Shown here: positions 37,501 to 48,608 of the stretch, one piece after another
How positions within the stretch are numbered: position 1 is the stretch's first letter
How the letters are laid out: every line of letters starts with the position of its first letter
Assembly (NCBI GenBank): GCA_032718475.1
Contig: JAUCBJ010000343.1
Span: 1 to 64,000, forward strand
Length of the DNA stretch: 64,000 bases
Direction of reading: 5' to 3'
Origin: Nemertoderma westbladi
Lineage: Eukaryota; Animalia; Xenacoelomorpha
Notes under the pieces: generated by a model
Told to the model about the DNA's origin: nothing
The model's database searches: none
What the model saw: only the letters and a program-made list of their open reading frames with translations
Program-made: the position numbers and the translations under genes

Positions 37501-38811
37501 AAAATTACAGCTCCTAAAGCAGTCCAGAGAGAAGACACCGGAAAATAAGGTAAGTGAGAAACCCGTTTCTAGGAGAAAGGTAACACCAGTGTGTTATACA
37601 GATGATGGCGAAAGCCAAACCTCTCAAGAGGAGAGCAATGGGAAAGACACTGAAAGATCTTACTATGTCAACAAAACACCAAAGGATGTAAGTAAATTTA
37701 AGTCTCGAACCAGTGACAGGAGAGAACAGACAACAAAAACTCCTCCCACGTCTCCTAAGAGAGTTCATGGAAGAAAGCCCGAGGAAAAAACGAGTGTGCA
37801 CAACACTACCCAAGGTAAAGTAAGTAACATCAAACCAAAATGTGCTTTGTGCGACGGGCCCCACCGTTTAAGTGTGTGTGAGGAATTCTTAAAGAAATCC
37901 CTGAAGGATAGACGCGAAGTCATGTGGGATAAGCGGTTGTGTTATAATTGTCTCAGACAAGGACACCAACGGCGAACCTGTTACTCCGACGCAAGGTGTG
38001 TGAAGTGCGGCACGAAACATCATATTTTGTTGCACACCGAATTCGAAAGAAACAGCCCGAGTCAAGTAAGTGAGTCCGAACTACATGTCCAATTCAGTGA
38101 TGTGAACGACACTGACCTCAGTTCTGAGATGGAAGGATTCTACACGGATGAATTCTCCGACGAAAACAAATCCTGTTATCTAATAAACACCGCAGTGTAT
38201 CGAGCACTTACGTATGAGACTGAAACTGATAGTGAGCTCCCCCTAACTATTCCAGACCGACAACCATCTTGGAAAGCGCCAACTTCCAACGTAGGAATCC
38301 GAGAATTTCCCGTAGTGCAGTTGAGAGTCCACGGGTTAGAAAAGAGCTATATAGTGAACGCCCTCCTTGACTCCGGCAGCACAGGAACATTCATCGACAA
38401 AGAACTAGCCGAAGACATCTTTGCTGGACAACCCAAGTTCCGAACTAAATTGAACCTTTCAGGAATTATGCAGGTTTGGAAATCTACAGTAACTACAGAC
38501 TACTATGTAGGCGCGTTGTCCACCCCCCAGGATGAACTAGGAGAACACAGTATAAGGTCAGTAAAAATGGTGGCGATAAAGAACTTCGCTACCAGCCAAG
38601 TGAAACCTTATAACTGGGATGAAGACGATTTCACCCAGCAGCATGAGATACCTAGATTCAACACCGACTACCCAGGGGTACAAATACTCATCGGCCAAAA
38701 TGCGCATGAAGCGCTTGAGACATTATAGAAATGGCCTGCTCAACCGCAACCACTGCAAACCTATGCGGGAAGAACCAGAGTAGGTTGGTACTTTACTGGA
38801 AAGGCTACCTA
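34579..38811 (+). pseudogene. BEL/Pao gag and protease (disrupted)
   Basis: Long coiled-coil N-terminus; DUF1759-like KFNGD...WLPF...LSNGEKLRFLIECLEG; three Cys/His knuckles (CALCDGPH...C, CYNCLRQGH...C, CVKCGTKHHILLH); protease ALLDSGSTGTFI. Frameshifts at about 35200, 37025 and 38810; stops at 36678 and 38726. Confidence 0.92.
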
Positions 38812-38828
38812 AAGAGCAAGTCTACCAG

Positions 38829-41800
38829 GTGAGTGAATGGGAAGGGGAAATCAGTGAAGGAGACGACACACCTGAGGGAACACCATATTCCTCAGACAAT
38901 GACGATATTAATCAACTATTCGACAAGGAGAATACCATCGACCTCCTTACGGAAAGTGAAACTTGGCAAAACCAAGTGAACCTGTGTCACCTCATCCATC
39001 CAGCGGGACAAGTCGATTACAACAACGAACTGAATGAAGTGATAGATCGTTACAACGCGAAGACTCGCGATGAACACGCCGTACGATTCTTTACTCAAGA
39101 GGCTGTAGAGCCCAATTCCTACGATAAGGCCCTATCGGTAGAAGAGGAAAGAGCCAAGCAGATACAGGAAACGACTACACGTTTTCTTAAAGATCAAGGT
39201 AGGTATGAGATTGGTCTGCCTTTCCGACGGCAACCCAATTTTATAAACAACCGACCCTTGGCGGAGAAGAGAATTGCGCAACTCCATCGATGCCTTACGG
39301 CAAATGCTTCAGCTAAGGAGATGTACCAGACCCAGCTGAAGAAATTCATTGACAAGGGATATGCGGAGCGAGTACCGGAAGAAACACCTATAACTGAGAG
39401 AACGTACTATTTAACACATCATTACGTTCCCAAACCCGGTAAACCCAACGAAGTCCGGGTAGTATTTGACGGCTCTGCCCTCTACATGGGACAATCCCTT
39501 AACTCCGAGTTGTTGCCGGGACCCAACTTACTCCAATCCTTGTTGGGAATACTCTTAAGATTACGACAATATTCGATCGCTTTCGCCTCCGATATAGAAG
39601 GCATGTTCTTACAAGTTAAGGCGCTGGATAAGGATCGGGACAGCCTACGATTTCTGTGGTGGCCTGAAGGAGACCTCAACCAGAAACCGGTGGAGTACTG
39701 GATGACCATTCAGGCTTTTGGGATCATCTCGATATATACATGGACGACAATTTAAAGTTCCTCCCATCAGTGGAAGAAGCCATTGATGTCGCCAAAGGAA
39801 CGGTAGAGTGCTTGAAAAGAGGTGGATTTCGATTAACTAAATTCACCAGTAACTCCCGTGAATTTCTGGAATCGATCCCGGTAGAAGACCGAGGAGTTAA
39901 AGATCTAGACCTTATCAAGGACGATCTTCCAGAAACCAAGACGGTTGGTTTGAAATGGGACACAGAGAGAGATATCCTGTTTTTCCAGCTAAAACAGCGA
40001 GATAATCCAGTTCGGACTAAATGGATTTGTCTAAGTATCCTGAGCACTTATTTCGATCCATTGGGATTTATTAGCCCAGTTATATTGATTGCTTGGAGTT
40101 TAGTACAACAAATGTGGCTTGAAAACCACTCGTGGGACGATCCACTTAAGGGAGAACTATTAAAGAAGTGGATGAAATGGGAAGATTCTCTACCATCTAT
40201 CGAGAATTTTACGATTTCCTGTTCATATTTTGGTCATGTTCTCCCCACGTATTCCTACCAACTCCATGTGTTTGGAGACGCCAGCGATATGGGAATAGGT
40301 ATAGTAGCCTACCTGAGAGTTGAAACTCCGGATGGAATTAAGGTCGCCTTGGTTACCTCTAAGGCCTTGATAAACAACAAGTTGAAAGTTCCTGGAGCGG
40401 AGTTAAAAGCAGCTCTATACGCTACGGCCATCGGCCGGAATGTAACAGAACAGATCGACTATCCACTGGAGAAAACTGTCTATTGGACCGATGCTTTACT
40501 CGTGTTGGAGTATATAACCAATGAAGTCTGTCAGTTCAGCGTCTTCATTACCAACAGAGTAGCCATTATACTTAGTCGCACGAAGATAGATCAATGGAGG
40601 CATTGCCCTGGGACGATTAATCCAGCCGACATCGCCTCCAGGGGAGCAACTCCACAAGAACTGATAGATACTCCAGACTGGTTAGGTGGACCCGACTTCC
40701 TAAGCAAGGAAGAGGATGAATGGCCTCCTCATCTTACTACGGCGGAGATTAGACAAGCCAAGGGAGCGGAGAAAGTCAAACCTAAAACCCGGGCGAGTAA
40801 ATCGAAGTTATTTAAACCCGTGATAGATCTGTCTGTACTACACACTTCCGGAGACGACGTTTTGGATCCAAAATCCCCAGCCACAAACAAGTCTGTTGTG
40901 GAAATCAGAGAGAGAGATTGGAAATCTGGAACACCAGACGTCTCGCAGGGACTCTCACCCCTCCTGCAGAGAGCGATACATCACTATAGCTCCTGGAATC
41001 GGCTTTGTAAGGCTGTTGCTTATTTAAAGCGATGTTTTCATCATCACTACTCCAGGACGAAGATCGCTAGTGATGCCGCTCCACTGACATCTGCGCAGGT
41101 CCATGTTGTTAAAGATCTTCCCAAATACAAGATATCAGACAGATTTCTGAAGGAGAGGATCAGTTACCAGGAGCATGAAGAAACAAATAAGCAGATACTG
41201 AGACTCCTGCAATGCTATGAGGATTCCGATAAGTATTTCCTATTGTTGAGAAATCCACAGATGCGCTTAAGGGATCGTTTCTCTAGCACAATGATAGATG
41301 GGTTAATACGCGTTGGAGGAAGACTAACTAATGCTCCATTATCCTTTGACACTAAGTTTCCCATACTCATTAGAAATCTTGAAATACAAATCAAGATGAT
41401 TGTAGATGTTCACAGTAAGCTTTACCATGCTGGTAGAGAACGAGTTCTTAGCGAAATTCGAACTCGCTATTATTTTCATAAACCCCGTAGAGCTCTGAAC
41501 CAAGTTCTTAGGAACTGCATACCCTGTAGGAAAGCATTCAGTAGGCCTTTAACACAGCGAGAGACAGAATTACCTAGGGAACGAGTAAGCTTCTATGAAC
41601 CACCCTTCACAAATACCGGTGTGGATTTATTTGGCCCTATTGAAGTATATCGTGCTAGGACTATAGTCAAGAGATGGTGTGTCATCTTTGTCTGTATGAC
41701 TTGTAGAGCTATCCATCTCGATATGGTGAACGATCTATCTACCAACAGCTTCATACTGAGCTTACGCCGACAGATCGCTCGCTTTGGAACTAGTAACACG

Positions 41801-42622
41801 ATGAGATCTGATAAGGGAACGAACTTCATTGGTGCCAACAATGAAATCAAGGCTTACGTCAAAGATTGGAACCAAAGACAGGTGGACGATCAGCTAAGGG
41901 TAACAGCGTCTAGCTGGACCTTCAACGCCGCCGACGCCCCTTGGTGGGGAGGAAGTTGGGAGAGATTAATCAGAAGCGTGAAGACCGCATTTCACTTTAT
42001 AGTGCCGTGCCGCGTGTATCTCACCGACGAACTTTTGCGGACGTTAATGGAGGAAATCGCCGCCTATCTCAACGAGAGACCGCTTATGCCAGTCTCATCG
42101 AGTCCCGATTCCCTGGAAGCGCTAACACCCACGCACTTCCTACTGAAGAAACCTGTAGCCATGCTCTCACGATCGGAAATCACGGACGGAGACGAATACT
42201 GCCGGCAAACTTGGCAACTTATGCAGTTGTTATCCTGTCGTTTCGCTGACCATTTCGAAAAACATTATCTGCCTACGCTACAACTTCGAACTAAGTGGTT
42301 TGCGCAGCAAGAAAGCGTCAGCGCCGGAGACATGGTCCTTATTGTGGAGTCAGATCTTCCACGTAAGCGGTGGCAGACAGGTCGTATCATCGAGACTCAT
42401 ATCTCAGATGACGGTTTGGTGCGATCGGTAGAACTCGTCGTCATGCGACGTAACTTTAAGAAACCTGGAATTGTGTTCGAAACACAACAATTCAATCGCC
42501 CAGTTGGTCGTTTATGTTTACTGGAAAGAGACAGAGAACTCTCCGGAAACTATAGAAGGCAAGATACTCTTCCCACGACCACCTCCCTAATCCAACCAAC
42601 ACCCAGGGACTCCCCAACGTAA
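38829..42622 (+). pseudogene. BEL/Pao RT, RNase H and integrase (apparent deletion and frameshift inside RT)
   Basis: YYLTHHYV.KPGK..EVRVVFDGS, SLNSELLPGPNL, DIEGMFLQV, YMDD (about 39737), LHVFGDAS, WTDALLVL, WRHCPGTINPADIASRG, integrase H..GRE...C..C, TGVDLFGP, SDKGTNF, WWGGSWERLIRSVK. Confidence 0.95.
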
Positions 42623-44325
42623 CAGTGTCTGGAGTGGGTGTGTGACTATATTATTTTATATATTTTATTATTTTTATATTTATGTGTGTATTATTATGTA
42701 CTCTTATTATAATCGTTTTCTTTAATTTTATTTAGTAGAATGTTGTTCTAGCGATTATCTAGTAGATTAGTGCAATATATATTAGTCTTATTACTTAATT
42801 ACTTATATATTATATATTTAGTGCGACGGCGAGAAATAATTATTTTTCTCTTTCCTTACTGTCCGTATCATATTATAAATGCGTGACTACAGTAAGATGA
42901 AATATCCGTACTTATTAAAGTACAATAAAGCTCCTACTATACTCAAGTATTATTGGTAAGTTGAGTATTAGGAATGCAAAATTCAGATCCTCGTGTCTCG
43001 GCTAAACCAAGCTCTGGGTAGACCTTGGAAACGACTTGCCTCTTCTCACTGGCATTGCTTCTTGCAATATTGCTCTCATACCGTATATTAAATAATACAT
43101 ATAGTAGCGTGATGTCCCTTTAACAGTAGCGTAAAACGCAAAATAAATCTGTTGAACCCTTTGACCATCTGCAATTCTAGTCGATTAAGATATCGCGGCA
43201 CCCACCGATATACTTGAAAGGCAAAATTCTAGAATCAGTGGTTAACGTCCCCAGACATGTTCTGGAATAAATCGGTGCCCATCTTAAATATTAACTATTA
43301 ATATTTATAAAATCTGTCAAACAAATACAATATAGTAAATACTTACAAGTTAACTCTAGAAAATCTATAAATTAAAATCTGTCAAATTTTAGATCCTTTA
43401 AAATTCTAGTCGATTAAAATATCGTAGCACTTACCAATACTCTTAAAAGGACAAATTTCCTAGAATCAAGGATCACAGTTCCCAGACATGCTCTGGAATA
43501 AAATTGTGCTTATTCCAACATTAAATAATAAAATTTACGGGAATAAATTTAAATTCATCTCTTTTAATGAATTTGATAAATTGTCATTTTTATACAATTT
43601 ATAACATTCCCAAAATTCCATTAATTAATAGATCATGGGAGCGGAGATTCACCCTATTAAGTATATTAGTGTGCGAGAATCTCCAATATATAGTCAATAG
43701 CCGATAAAATTTCATAAAATCATGTATAAAGGGGATATTGACAATTAAAGAATTACTATTAAATAGCATCCCAGATCTGTATGCATGGGAATTACCCTAA
43801 TTCTACTGCTAGCTTTCCATAATGTCACCATAGCAACAACCACGCTAGAATTAGAAGCGAGTTAAAAGAACAATAGAAAGCTTGCCCCATTGAATAGCAT
43901 ACGGAATAAATAGCACCCTGCTAGTATCCAGGGATACATAATAATAACGTGGCATTCTGGAAGGCACTTTACTAACAGACAAATGGCCCGAATGTGTACA
44001 ATTTGTGACAGGAGTGTGGAATTTGTGTATTTATAGGTGAATGTTACTACTAAAGTGTGTTTACAGTAGCGAGTCGCAGTTGTGAAAGTAGCCCTAACTC
44101 TGCAGTAAGAACCTGAAGTAAATCTAAGCCTTTGGGACGGACAGTGGAGTGACTCGCGCTGGTTATCATTGTCGTTGTGTAGCTACTACGTTGGCGAAAA
44201 ACACAGCAACGACGGTACATCGGCGCTGAGGATCTTGCACTGTCCGGGTGCCGTGAGGGGTAGGCAGCAAAGCCCGCTAGCCTAATTATAACTAATTATA
44301 ATATTGATAAACTCATCTAGCAGCT

Positions 44326-47300
44326 ATGACTGAGTTGATAGAAGATGATCTTGGTATCAGGGAGCGATATACTCTACCGTTACAAGCGTTTGTTGATAGC
44401 TTAATACGCGGCGACGCTAGCCCAACTACTACGGAATCCGCTGGTCTTTATATCGAACCGCCAATGTCCCAGGAGCAACTCACGCGTGAATTGGACTATA
44501 GAAAATTCACTGCTCGCTATACGCATCATAATGGTACGTATATGGACTTCTTAACTACTGGCCATCCTATCGATTTACACGACACGGACGATGTAGACAC
44601 CGAAAGGGAAATGGTTTTATTTAAATATCATACCCAGCAGAGTCGGAACGATAAACCGAGAATAGAACACGAGAATTCTATTCGAAACCGACTCGAAAGA
44701 GAAGAAGTTGAAGAGCCGGATAAATGCAGCGACTTCAACGATTATCTGGAATTCTTGAGAGAAACATATCTCAATATTGCCAGTCAACAGAATCTAGAAA
44801 CTCGATATCCTCAAGGTATACATCATGACCCCATGATAGAACTCAAACGGCTCTATTTCACCATGATGTATCTTACCGCCGATCGTCCACTACCTGTTAT
44901 CCCGGATAGTTTTGAACAAATGGAAGAATATTGTAAAACTGGAGAACGATCACCCGCGTTTCCCTTGCAAGACGTGCGTCTTTGGTATTACTGTGATGAA
45001 TGCCCTAGACCCAACCAGCAAACGGAAAGACATAAACATCCGCGGAGACGTTGCGCTAAACACAGTTTTACTCGTTATACCTATGGGAGTTTCGAGCGAA
45101 ACTTGTTCGACGTATCACCTACGCTCGCTCGACTCAAACGATCCTTAAATAAACCCATGATCAGAGTTCCGGAATACTTGGTCAGACCTCCTCATTCCTT
45201 AGTGAGACCTCAAACGCTTGATCCTAATAGTATAACGGATCCCCCTGAATTGTACTCACTATTTAAAGATCTTGTGTTACCCGAACAATTAATCGGTGGC
45301 ACTCCGGTAGTGGACTCGCTAGATATTCGCCCATCCTATCTAGCCGGATTGGGACGCGGGCATCTAATATCGCCGTTCAACCCGTACAATCGTCCCGGTT
45401 TAACCCCGATACAACCCGTCACCGAAGTCGAGGAGAGCGTTGTACGAAACGCGTTAGACGCTATTCGGCAGAATATCGGAAAAGGAACTTACGATTGTTT
45501 AGAGAAACGCAAATTGCAGCAACAAGTCCAAGCGGTGAAGGAATTAGCTTTACCCCAGTTCGATCGAGAAATCCAGAACCTCGAGGAAGACATCGATCTT
45601 GGACGAACCTATTCTCTACAAGAGTTCCTAGATGAGCGTTTACAACGACAAGCGGAGGAAAATCAGCTCGAGGAGAAACACATAGAAATGGATGAGAGAG
45701 AAGAAGCAGCTTTAGCCCAGCCAGAAGCTCAAATCCTTATGACTGATCTCTATTCTAAAACCATCATTCATCCTTCGATGGTTCCCCATTTCGGAGACAA
45801 ACTCTTCGCCACGGCACAACCTCAACTGGTTGATATCAACCTAAGATCTCGAGATCTTATCGCTGACGCTCCTATGTTGCAACATCCGCCTATCGAGGCC
45901 GCTCGTGTCAACGGTATACTCGTTGAACCTCCGGACAATAGAGCGGATCTTGTCCGTCGTATGGTACACGAGGTTAACATACGCGCTAGACCTTTACCGA
46001 ACTCGTTTTATGGGATCAAAGATCACCCTTATTATGTCAATCTAACTCAATATTACATGGTAAAACCGGAAGATCCTACACATAGTCTAAGGTTTCTACC
46101 ACTAATAAATCCTCTCGATCTTGTCGAACTCGAACAACTGCAGAAACATCTGGATCAGTTAGTGAAAGTAAACTCATTCCGAAAACCCTATAATGTTTCC
46201 AGAATAGAGAAGGATATAATACCTCCGTATAATCTCGATGGATTTATCAAAACTCGATTAGTCCACTGGAATCTCGACGTGTTATTCGAGGAGGAGAGAA
46301 TACAACGATATGGAGATGTAGAAACATATACTACACAGTATTTGAAGTATAGAGATCTACCTAACGCTAGCGAATGCACCACCTTGTGGCATCCAGTGGG
46401 AATGACCCTAGAAAACGCCACTAAAGAGTGGAACGAAACACTTAACGTTATAGAGATGTATGGAGTTGTCACTTATGATAACGAAGGTAGCGTTCTGGTT
46501 GGAGAACTGGGAACTACGCGCATGATACATATACGAGGACTAGCTGGTTCTACCCACGTATTTACTCAAGCATGTTCCGACGTGATTGATTATTCTTTTG
46601 AGACCCTCACCGAGATACAAAAGAAACTCCGACATGGACAATTCGAACTCGTGCAGCGTTACGTCACTGACACCGAGCGCAAACCGGCCATGGGTATTGA
46701 TGGATCGATGTTACCCCAGCCCGTGCTCGAGATGTTGTTTAACGAAAGAATCCTTAAAATCGGCTCAGCTGTTTATGGAGATCTCCAAAATGACTTTAGG
46801 AACATGGAGAATATCCCATATCCTTTCGTAGATACTCAGCTGATTGCTCCCTGGGCAGAAGGCCGAGGTTTCTTCCGCACTATGTATGCCAATACACCCA
46901 GCGGTATCACTAAAGTACAACGAACCTCCATCGGACATCTTGCCTTTCAAGAATACGGATGGAATTTCAAGGTCGGAAATCCTATCAACTATCAACAAGT
47001 ATATGGAGATCATTATTCTCGATTATACTTCGATGGACCATTGACCGCACCTGGTGTCGTGTATAGCTTCATGAGTGTTCCACTTCGTCCCTCCTTAGCT
47101 ATATACACGATCTTTGAAAACGCCACACTTGCCGGTTGGCTAGCTGATGTGTGCAGTCGTACTATACGCGCCCATCCCTTAATACTTGGAACCAAACTCG
47201 CCAAGCTAGATGAACACAATAAATTCATCCGCTTCGAATGTTTCAGGCGCTTTCTGACTCCGTTCCGTAACGTTGATAGTCAGTTCAAGGACCGCGCTCT

Positions 47301-48531
47301 GACCAAGCTCAGACTAAGAGCTGAGAAGTTAGACAGCGCTGGATTCGCCATTTTCCAGGATGTTTGTATACAGAACTTACATTCCTCTGTTATACAAAGA
47401 CCTCGAATCCCCACGGGTTATTCTATCGTGGAAGTTCAGACAGCGGGTTCGCTTGAGGAGACAGCCACACCTATCTCAGCTATGCAACTGGAAGACGAAC
47501 CAATATGCTTAGAATCCGAGGAGATTCAGCCTACAGCGCCCCGGAGCAGCGACAACGACTACGTCTTGGAATGGTATCAAGGTCCACAGTGTCTCACCGC
47601 ATACAATTATCGGCATGCCAACTATGTTTCTCGAAAACGTTGCCGATTATGTGCATCGAGAGATCATTTCACCCCCATGGACTCAGACGTACCCTGCTCC
47701 TATTTCCATGAACAACCGGCGATGGAGATCTATTGTGCGTATTGCAGACTCAATAACTTGCACATTTTCGCAGTCTGGCCCCAATTTATGACTCAATGCC
47801 ATCATTGTCAACTTAAAGGACATGCCAGTTTTGATTGCCCTTTTAACCGCGATCTGGAAAGCGTAGATGTAATGACTACCCTACGCTACATCCGAGCTTG
47901 GGAAGCGAATGCGGATTTACATTGTGAGTCACGCCATCGCTATCCTTATCTATTCGCGTCTGTTGAACAAAAATCACGCACACCGAGTTACGAACTAATG
48001 AAGCGTGTTGGTGAGTGTATTTCAACCAAATTTGTTCGTAAATATCTCAGGAACATTAATCCTAATGATATTAATTCCTATAACTTGATTAACTTCATCC
48101 GTCAAGATCCGGAGTATGGCGATTTGTTCATCAACTCGCATCCAGAGTTACAGGAAGTGCATCGACGGCCCTACAAATATCGAGCCCGAGAACGCGAGTT
48201 GGAAAGAACCATTAAACAGAGGAAGTTTCTCACTACCCATGGTCCACCCACCGCTCTCATTCAGACGACTCATCAGGGACCAGTAAGAGCTGCTGTCCTG
48301 AAACGCGCTCTAAAGGCCATCCGACCTCGCTCCACTGAGGTTGATATCGATCAACCAGGTACCTCGACCGGCGGATACACCGACCATAATCCTAAACCTT
48401 CCGATGCAATTGTATTGCACCCTTCACCCAGGAGTTATAGCCCTCCTAGTAAAGTGGCTCGCCCCAAAGAGAAAAGGACTCTTGCTAGCCTCAAAAAACT
48501 GCGTAAACGCCGTCCGCTCAAGAAAGACTAA
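44326..48531 (+). CDS. ORF3 of the BEL/Pao element: 1401-aa protein with a DEDDy/DnaQ-like 3'-5' exonuclease domain and Cys/His zinc-knuckle cluster
   Basis: An uninterrupted 4.2-kb ORF between integrase and the PPT. ExoI-like VVTYDNEG (about 46465-46488), LPQPVLEMLFNERILKIGSAVYGD (ExoII-like), FVDTQ, SIGHLAFQEYG, ExoIII-like IYTIFE; then CRLCASRDH, CAYCRLNNLH and CHHCQLKGHASFDC. Confidence 0.8.
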   Translation: MTELIEDDLGIRERYTLPLQAFVDSLIRGDASPTTTESAGLYIEPPMSQEQLTRELDYRKFTARYTHHNGTYMDFLTTGHPIDLHDTDDVDTEREMVLFKYHTQQSRNDKPRIEHENSIRNRLEREEVEEPDKCSDFNDYLEFLRETYLNIASQQNLETRYPQGIHHDPMIELKRLYFTMMYLTADRPLPVIPDSFEQMEEYCKTGERSPAFPLQDVRLWYYCDECPRPNQQTERHKHPRRRCAKHSFTRYTYGSFERNLFDVSPTLARLKRSLNKPMIRVPEYLVRPPHSLVRPQTLDPNSITDPPELYSLFKDLVLPEQLIGGTPVVDSLDIRPSYLAGLGRGHLISPFNPYNRPGLTPIQPVTEVEESVVRNALDAIRQNIGKGTYDCLEKRKLQQQVQAVKELALPQFDREIQNLEEDIDLGRTYSLQEFLDERLQRQAEENQLEEKHIEMDEREEAALAQPEAQILMTDLYSKTIIHPSMVPHFGDKLFATAQPQLVDINLRSRDLIADAPMLQHPPIEAARVNGILVEPPDNRADLVRRMVHEVNIRARPLPNSFYGIKDHPYYVNLTQYYMVKPEDPTHSLRFLPLINPLDLVELEQLQKHLDQLVKVNSFRKPYNVSRIEKDIIPPYNLDGFIKTRLVHWNLDVLFEEERIQRYGDVETYTTQYLKYRDLPNASECTTLWHPVGMTLENATKEWNETLNVIEMYGVVTYDNEGSVLVGELGTTRMIHIRGLAGSTHVFTQACSDVIDYSFETLTEIQKKLRHGQFELVQRYVTDTERKPAMGIDGSMLPQPVLEMLFNERILKIGSAVYGDLQNDFRNMENIPYPFVDTQLIAPWAEGRGFFRTMYANTPSGITKVQRTSIGHLAFQEYGWNFKVGNPINYQQVYGDHYSRLYFDGPLTAPGVVYSFMSVPLRPSLAIYTIFENATLAGWLADVCSRTIRAHPLILGTKLAKLDEHNKFIRFECFRRFLTPFRNVDSQFKDRALTKLRLRAEKLDSAGFAIFQDVCIQNLHSSVIQRPRIPTGYSIVEVQTAGSLEETATPISAMQLEDEPICLESEEIQPTAPRSSDNDYVLEWYQGPQCLTAYNYRHANYVSRKRCRLCASRDHFTPMDSDVPCSYFHEQPAMEIYCAYCRLNNLHIFAVWPQFMTQCHHCQLKGHASFDCPFNRDLESVDVMTTLRYIRAWEANADLHCESRHRYPYLFASVEQKSRTPSYELMKRVGECISTKFVRKYLRNINPNDINSYNLINFIRQDPEYGDLFINSHPELQEVHRRPYKYRARERELERTIKQRKFLTTHGPPTALIQTTHQGPVRAAVLKRALKAIRPRSTEVDIDQPGTSTGGYTDHNPKPSDAIVLHPSPRSYSPPSKVARPKEKRTLASLKKLRKRRPLKKD

Positions 48532-48608
48532 CTGTTTAGAGTATTTTTATATTTTAGAAACTGTGATTTTTATATTTTATAGAATTAAATCCCATTTTCT
48601 GGGAGCGG

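Noticed and set aside
44326-48531. ORF3 as a retroviral-type envelope gene
   Set aside because: There is no evident signal peptide or transmembrane anchor; the motifs point to a soluble nuclease and zinc-binding protein.
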